A stretch of 64,000 bases of DNA, from the NCBI GenBank assembly GCA_000708835.1, contig DF237054.1:62001-126000 (forward strand). The letters are read 5' to 3'. Source of the DNA: Klebsormidium nitens (lineage: Eukaryota > Plantae > Klebsormidiophyceae). Of this stretch, positions 60,723 to 64,000 are shown piece after piece. A program made the position numbers and the translations under genes. The notes beneath the pieces were generated by a model. That model did no database searches. It saw nothing but the letters and a program-made list of their open reading frames with translations, and had not been told where the DNA came from. Positions within the stretch are counted from its first letter, which is position 1; every line of letters begins with the position of its first letter.

Positions 60723-61268
60723 ATGGCACCACGGACTGGATCCAAGAAAGGACAGAAGGCTGAGCCCGTTGAGAACGCCGAGCCGAGCCCCGTTGACACA
60801 CAGGACGTTGTACCCAAGGAGCCACCGACGACCAAGCATGGGCTAGAGGCTGGGGACGACATCATGAAGGCCCTCAGCAAGCTGCAGAGATCCATCAACA
60901 AAACACAAAAGGCTGTGCTGTCACTCCAGGCAACTTCACAGGGGCAGGGAGAGAGTGTGCAACCCGCAAAGCCCAAGAAGGAGCCCAGCGGTTTCGCAAA
61001 GCCGAGCCGCATCTCGAACGAGCTTAGCAGCTTTCTCGGGGTTCCTTCCAATACAAGGCTTGCTCGCACACAGGTCACAAAGCTCCTGACCGAGTACATC
61101 AAGAAGAACGACCTGCAGTGTCCCGACAACCGCCGCAACATCCGACTCGATGACAAGCTCAAGGACCTGCTCAAGGTCCCAGAGGGCACCGTGGTGACGT
61201 TCTTCAACCTGCAGAAGCATTGCAAGAACCACTACATCTCTGAGGACGAGGAGGTTGCCTCGGAGTAG
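60723..61268 (+). CDS. Stand-alone SWIB/MDM2-domain protein, viral type (181 aa)
   Basis: PSGFAKPSRISNELSSFLG...RTQVTKLLTEYIKKNDLQCPDNRRNIRLDDKLKDLL...VTFFNLQKH. Confidence 0.92.
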   Translation: MAPRTGSKKGQKAEPVENAEPSPVDTQDVVPKEPPTTKHGLEAGDDIMKALSKLQRSINKTQKAVLSLQATSQGQGESVQPAKPKKEPSGFAKPSRISNELSSFLGVPSNTRLARTQVTKLLTEYIKKNDLQCPDNRRNIRLDDKLKDLLKVPEGTVVTFFNLQKHCKNHYISEDEEVASE

Positions 61269-61274
61269 TGTGGA

Positions 61275-61481
61275 TCAGAGTTCGATCATGGAGTAAGACC
61301 GGGACGGTTTCCCAAACCGTAGGCAAAAGTATCGGAAGGCGCACACGAGAATGACTGCCAGGAGAAGGGCAGAAGTGGCTATGAGCGTGATGTGGGCCCT
61401 TTCGAGCCGGTGAGATGGCTGCGACTCCTCGGCGCAGCAGTCGACCAAGTTGTCCATAAGAAGCTGCAAGCATTTGGCCAT
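61275..61481 (-). CDS. Small single-pass membrane protein (68 aa)
   Basis: TM segment ITLIATSALLLAVILVCAFRYF. Fills the gap between neighbours and ends 6 bp from the SWIB stop. Confidence 0.55.
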   Translation of the reverse strand: MAKCLQLLMDNLVDCCAEESQPSHRLERAHITLIATSALLLAVILVCAFRYFCLRFGKPSRSYSMIEL

Positions 61482-61539
61482 CTGAATCAACACGCGTTGT
61501 CCTGCGTGCCGTTTTTTGTGGCTCTCCACTCAAGCACTA

Positions 61540-61866
61540 ATGGAAGCGCTCGAGTGCAGGCTGCAAGCGATCGTGGCAGACTTCAAAAACATCTTGCGGG
61601 ATACGGAGCCCAAGGCTTTGAAGAAGGGCGCTCTGTCACGCCTGAAACTCATCGGTGAGCAGCTCGTGCGCAGCATCGAAGCAGAGCTGCACACTGTCAA
61701 GAGGCTGCAGTACAAGGAGACAGATGACGAGGCGTCTGATGACTCTGATGACGAAGCATCTCTCGGTGGTGAAGTCTACAGACCATCCAATTATGTTGCA
61801 GATACTGTAAATGCGATTCCGTTTCTTCAACCAGGAGGGGGTCGAGCGGTTCCAGTGCAACCTTGA
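61540..61866 (+). CDS. Hypothetical protein (108 aa) with acidic stretch
   Basis: ATG in a TAATG context. Helical N-terminus, DDEASDDSDDE stretch. Overlaps the SET ORF start. Confidence 0.6.
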   Translation: MEALECRLQAIVADFKNILRDTEPKALKKGALSRLKLIGEQLVRSIEAELHTVKRLQYKETDDEASDDSDDEASLGGEVYRPSNYVADTVNAIPFLQPGGGRAVPVQP

Positions 61867-62398
61867 GTGTGCCAGCTGCACAGCTCAGAGACGGAACGGT
61901 GGTCAGTGCACAAGAAGGGTGTGTATAGGGCTTCTTGTGTGCTGGCAGCACCTGCGGACAATCAAAGACGCCAACAGCGGTTTGAAGATCCAAACCTCGC
62001 CGATCCCGGGTGCTGGGAAGGGCCTGTTTGCTTGGAGTAAGCACGGTGGGAACGAGATCGTGTTTGTGCCGAACGAAACCATATGCTCGTATGATGGGGA
62101 CGTCATCTCCCAGGCTGAGTTTGACAGACGCTATGGGCAAGACACGGGCCCTTATGTTGCAGGGGGGCAGGCTGGGCTACTCATTGACGGGGCATGCAAG
62201 CGAGGTGCGGGGACAGTTGCAAATGGACGGCGGGGACACGTTGATTCGAACGCACGGTTTTCGAACAGCCATGCAGGAGGGGTGCAGAGGCTCACGATAA
62301 AGGCGACCAAGAACATCCGGCACGGGCAGGAGATCATTGTACCGTATGGTGCAGACTACTGGCGGAAACACCGGGGTGTTGCGCGAACAACCCGTTAA
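61811..62398 (+). CDS. SET-domain lysine methyltransferase with N-terminal Cys/His zinc-finger-like segment (195 aa)
   Basis: IPGAGKGLFA, YDGDVIS, GQEIIVPYGADYW; N-terminal CTAQRRNGGQCTRRVCIGLLVCWQH. Confidence 0.9.
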   Translation: MRFRFFNQEGVERFQCNLECASCTAQRRNGGQCTRRVCIGLLVCWQHLRTIKDANSGLKIQTSPIPGAGKGLFAWSKHGGNEIVFVPNETICSYDGDVISQAEFDRRYGQDTGPYVAGGQAGLLIDGACKRGAGTVANGRRGHVDSNARFSNSHAGGVQRLTIKATKNIRHGQEIIVPYGADYWRKHRGVARTTR

Positions 62399-62400
62399 TT

Positions 62401-62667
62401 TTAGAAGATTGGTGCAATTTTCCGTTCCTCTTTGCTCCTCAGGAGGTTGTTCGCAAGATTGAAGAGGACAACTGCGATTGCCGCATATTGCACGTCTCCG
62501 GCAGCCCAGTATGCAACAAAGCACTGGAACACGAGTCGGAACAGCGGCGGCTCGAAGAAGTGACGGAGCAGGCCTGCCGGCTCAGGGAATGATCGGGCCG
62601 CCATGAGGAACATGAGAGCAACAAGCGCAGCAACCAGCTTGTGTTCGTCGAACGCGGTGAATGCCAT
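62401..62667 (-). CDS. Small multi-pass membrane protein of NCLDV type (88 aa)
   Basis: FEPPLFRLVFQCFVAYWAAGDVQYAAIAVVLF resembles the F.NP.F.L......AY....D....S motif of small giant-virus membrane proteins. Stop is 2 bp from the SET stop. Confidence 0.75.
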   Translation of the reverse strand: MAFTAFDEHKLVAALVALMFLMAARSFPEPAGLLRHFFEPPLFRLVFQCFVAYWAAGDVQYAAIAVVLFNLANNLLRSKEERKIAPIF

Positions 62668-62698
62668 GTATGCAATGAAGTGTGTGCAGGAAAAAGTT

Positions 62699-63202
62699 TC
62701 AAACAGTGTTGATCACCTCACAGCAACAGTCCTCCACGTCCGCATAGTCGTCCTCTATTCTGGTGGGTAAACGGAGAGATTGTCCGTACGACAAGACATA
62801 TAGCTCGACCTTGCGACCGATGGTCATTTCTCCTTCAATCTCCCTGAAGCCCTTGGTAGCCAGGACGGTGTGGCCGCAGCACTCCAACACCTTGAGCATC
62901 TCTACAATCATCCTCCACGTGACATCTTGGGGTATCAGCCTGAGGCTGTCAAACGTCTGGGTGGAGTAGGGAGAGCGGAATGGGAGGTAGTCGACCTTGA
63001 ACATCCCCCTCCTGTCCGTCCAGTCAAAACGCCCGCAGCGGTACGTTAGGCCCTTGAGGCATCCTACATTGTTGCACCTTCTTGCAATGTCTTCTCGGGC
63101 AGCCTGCGACCACTGTGCACGGCGGGGGATGAAGTCGATGGCCACCCCTGCATCCGCAACATTCTCCATGGCTGCCGGACCGAATGCCCATCTGTCCCAC
63201 AC
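62699..63202 (-). CDS. Hypothetical protein (up to 167 aa; start uncertain; the 5' part may be the tail of the recombinase-like gene)
   Basis: Uninterrupted ORF packed between neighbours. No family recognised. Confidence 0.5.
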   Translation of the reverse strand: MWDRWAFGPAAMENVADAGVAIDFIPRRAQWSQAAREDIARRCNNVGCLKGLTYRCGRFDWTDRRGMFKVDYLPFRSPYSTQTFDSLRLIPQDVTWRMIVEMLKVLECCGHTVLATKGFREIEGEMTIGRKVELYVLSYGQSLRLPTRIEDDYADVEDCCCEVINTV

Positions 63203-63210
63203 GCGTCTTC

Positions 63211-64000
63211 TTAAGCCCCGCTGACGCTGTTGAAGAGGCGCACAAGGGACGAATTGTCAAGGACCGTCCCATCTTTGAAGAAAATCGTCGAGAAGGCTCG
63301 TTTCAGGGCCTTTGAGGGCATGCCTTCGTCGCCTGTTGAATTGGACAGCACGTACTTGCGGGGGAACAGGCGGAGGGAGTCTGCAATCTGGTTGTTGAGC
63401 GCACGCGGTACTAGCTCAAACCTTGTCTCTTCCCCCGTTTGCTTCTTGCAGGCCCTGTGAAAGGTGAACTTGTTGATGCACGTCTCAACAATGCTGTCCA
63501 CCAATCTGTCTGTGCGCGTTTCACCAAGCCGAACGACCTTCACATGACAAAGATCGGAATGTAACGGTTTGATGGCAGAGTAGAGGCTCAGCATAAGGCT
63601 CTGAAGTAAAAGGCCCTTCTCTAAGTCACTGAGGTTGCCGGCCCCTTTCGGATACAGCTTTTCTTTGATCTCCTTTGCAAGGCACTTTTTCATCCGCTCG
63701 ATCTCGGCTTTTCCAACCGCTGTCTTCATCACCTCCTGTTCTGTTTTTCTCTCTTCGGCAAGATCGTGGATGGCTTCAACAAACAATGCGTGATATCTCT
63801 GGAGCAGCCCCTCGTGTTGCCCTCTCTTCAAAAGCAGTAACAGGTATGAGGTAGAGCTTGCGAGATGCCGGCTTGTAGCCTGTCAGGGCTGTGGACACTG
63901 CGTCAACATCGCTGAGCCACACAAGGTTCTCCATATTTGGGCGTCCGCTTACCCGCTTGTGCAGACGCTGCAGCAGCGATAAGTACTGCGTGATGGTGCT
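63211..64000 (-). pseudogene. Tyrosine-recombinase/integrase-like gene (NCLDV/Polinton-like-virus type), frameshifted and truncated
   Basis: Frame A: STITQYLSLLQRL...YKPASRKLYL. Frame B: LLLLKRG...LSLYSAIKPLHSDL...FPRKYVLSNSTG...SSLVRLF. Frame change near 63840. Confidence 0.65.

Larger units (their letters stand above)
59293..64000. mobile_element. Endogenous giant-virus (Nucleocytoviricota)-like segment, extends beyond the right edge
   Basis: At least 8 intronless ORFs with spacers of about 2-105 bp or overlaps, unlike the 0.3-1 kb introns of the host genes. Includes a DUF5767-like NCLDV protein, viral-type SWIB and SET, a small membrane protein and a YR-like gene. Confidence 0.85.

Overview
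Eukaryotic, intron-rich nuclear DNA with GT-AG introns and CTAAC branch points. The gene set (chlorophyllase, chloroplast FBPase-II type, cyanobacterial-type DUF1825, SULTR) points to a streptophyte green alga, probably Klebsormidium-like (inference). Positions 1-56,000 hold 13 spliced host genes that I reconstructed exon by exon with reading frames checked. Ten of them form five head-to-head pairs. A single-exon ankyrin gene and degraded sequence follow (56-59.3 kb). The window ends in a dense, intronless block (59,293-64,000, running off the edge) of giant-virus (Nucleocytoviricota)-type genes: a DUF5767-like protein, SWIB, SET, small membrane proteins and a frameshifted tyrosine-recombinase-like gene. 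Main signals: (1) an endogenous giant-virus segment whose integrase-like gene is broken, sitting where the missing 5' half of a host sulfate transporter should be; (2) serial decaying 'echo' copies of exon ends, splice sites included, stacked in the introns of at least two genes at 94-184 bp spacing; (3) a secreted EGF protein with a tandem 6-Cys domain I cannot assign to a family; (4) a DUF1825-STI1 fusion and an FBPase-II that keeps a Cys pair in the redox loop. All family assignments come from motif recognition; no database searches were run.
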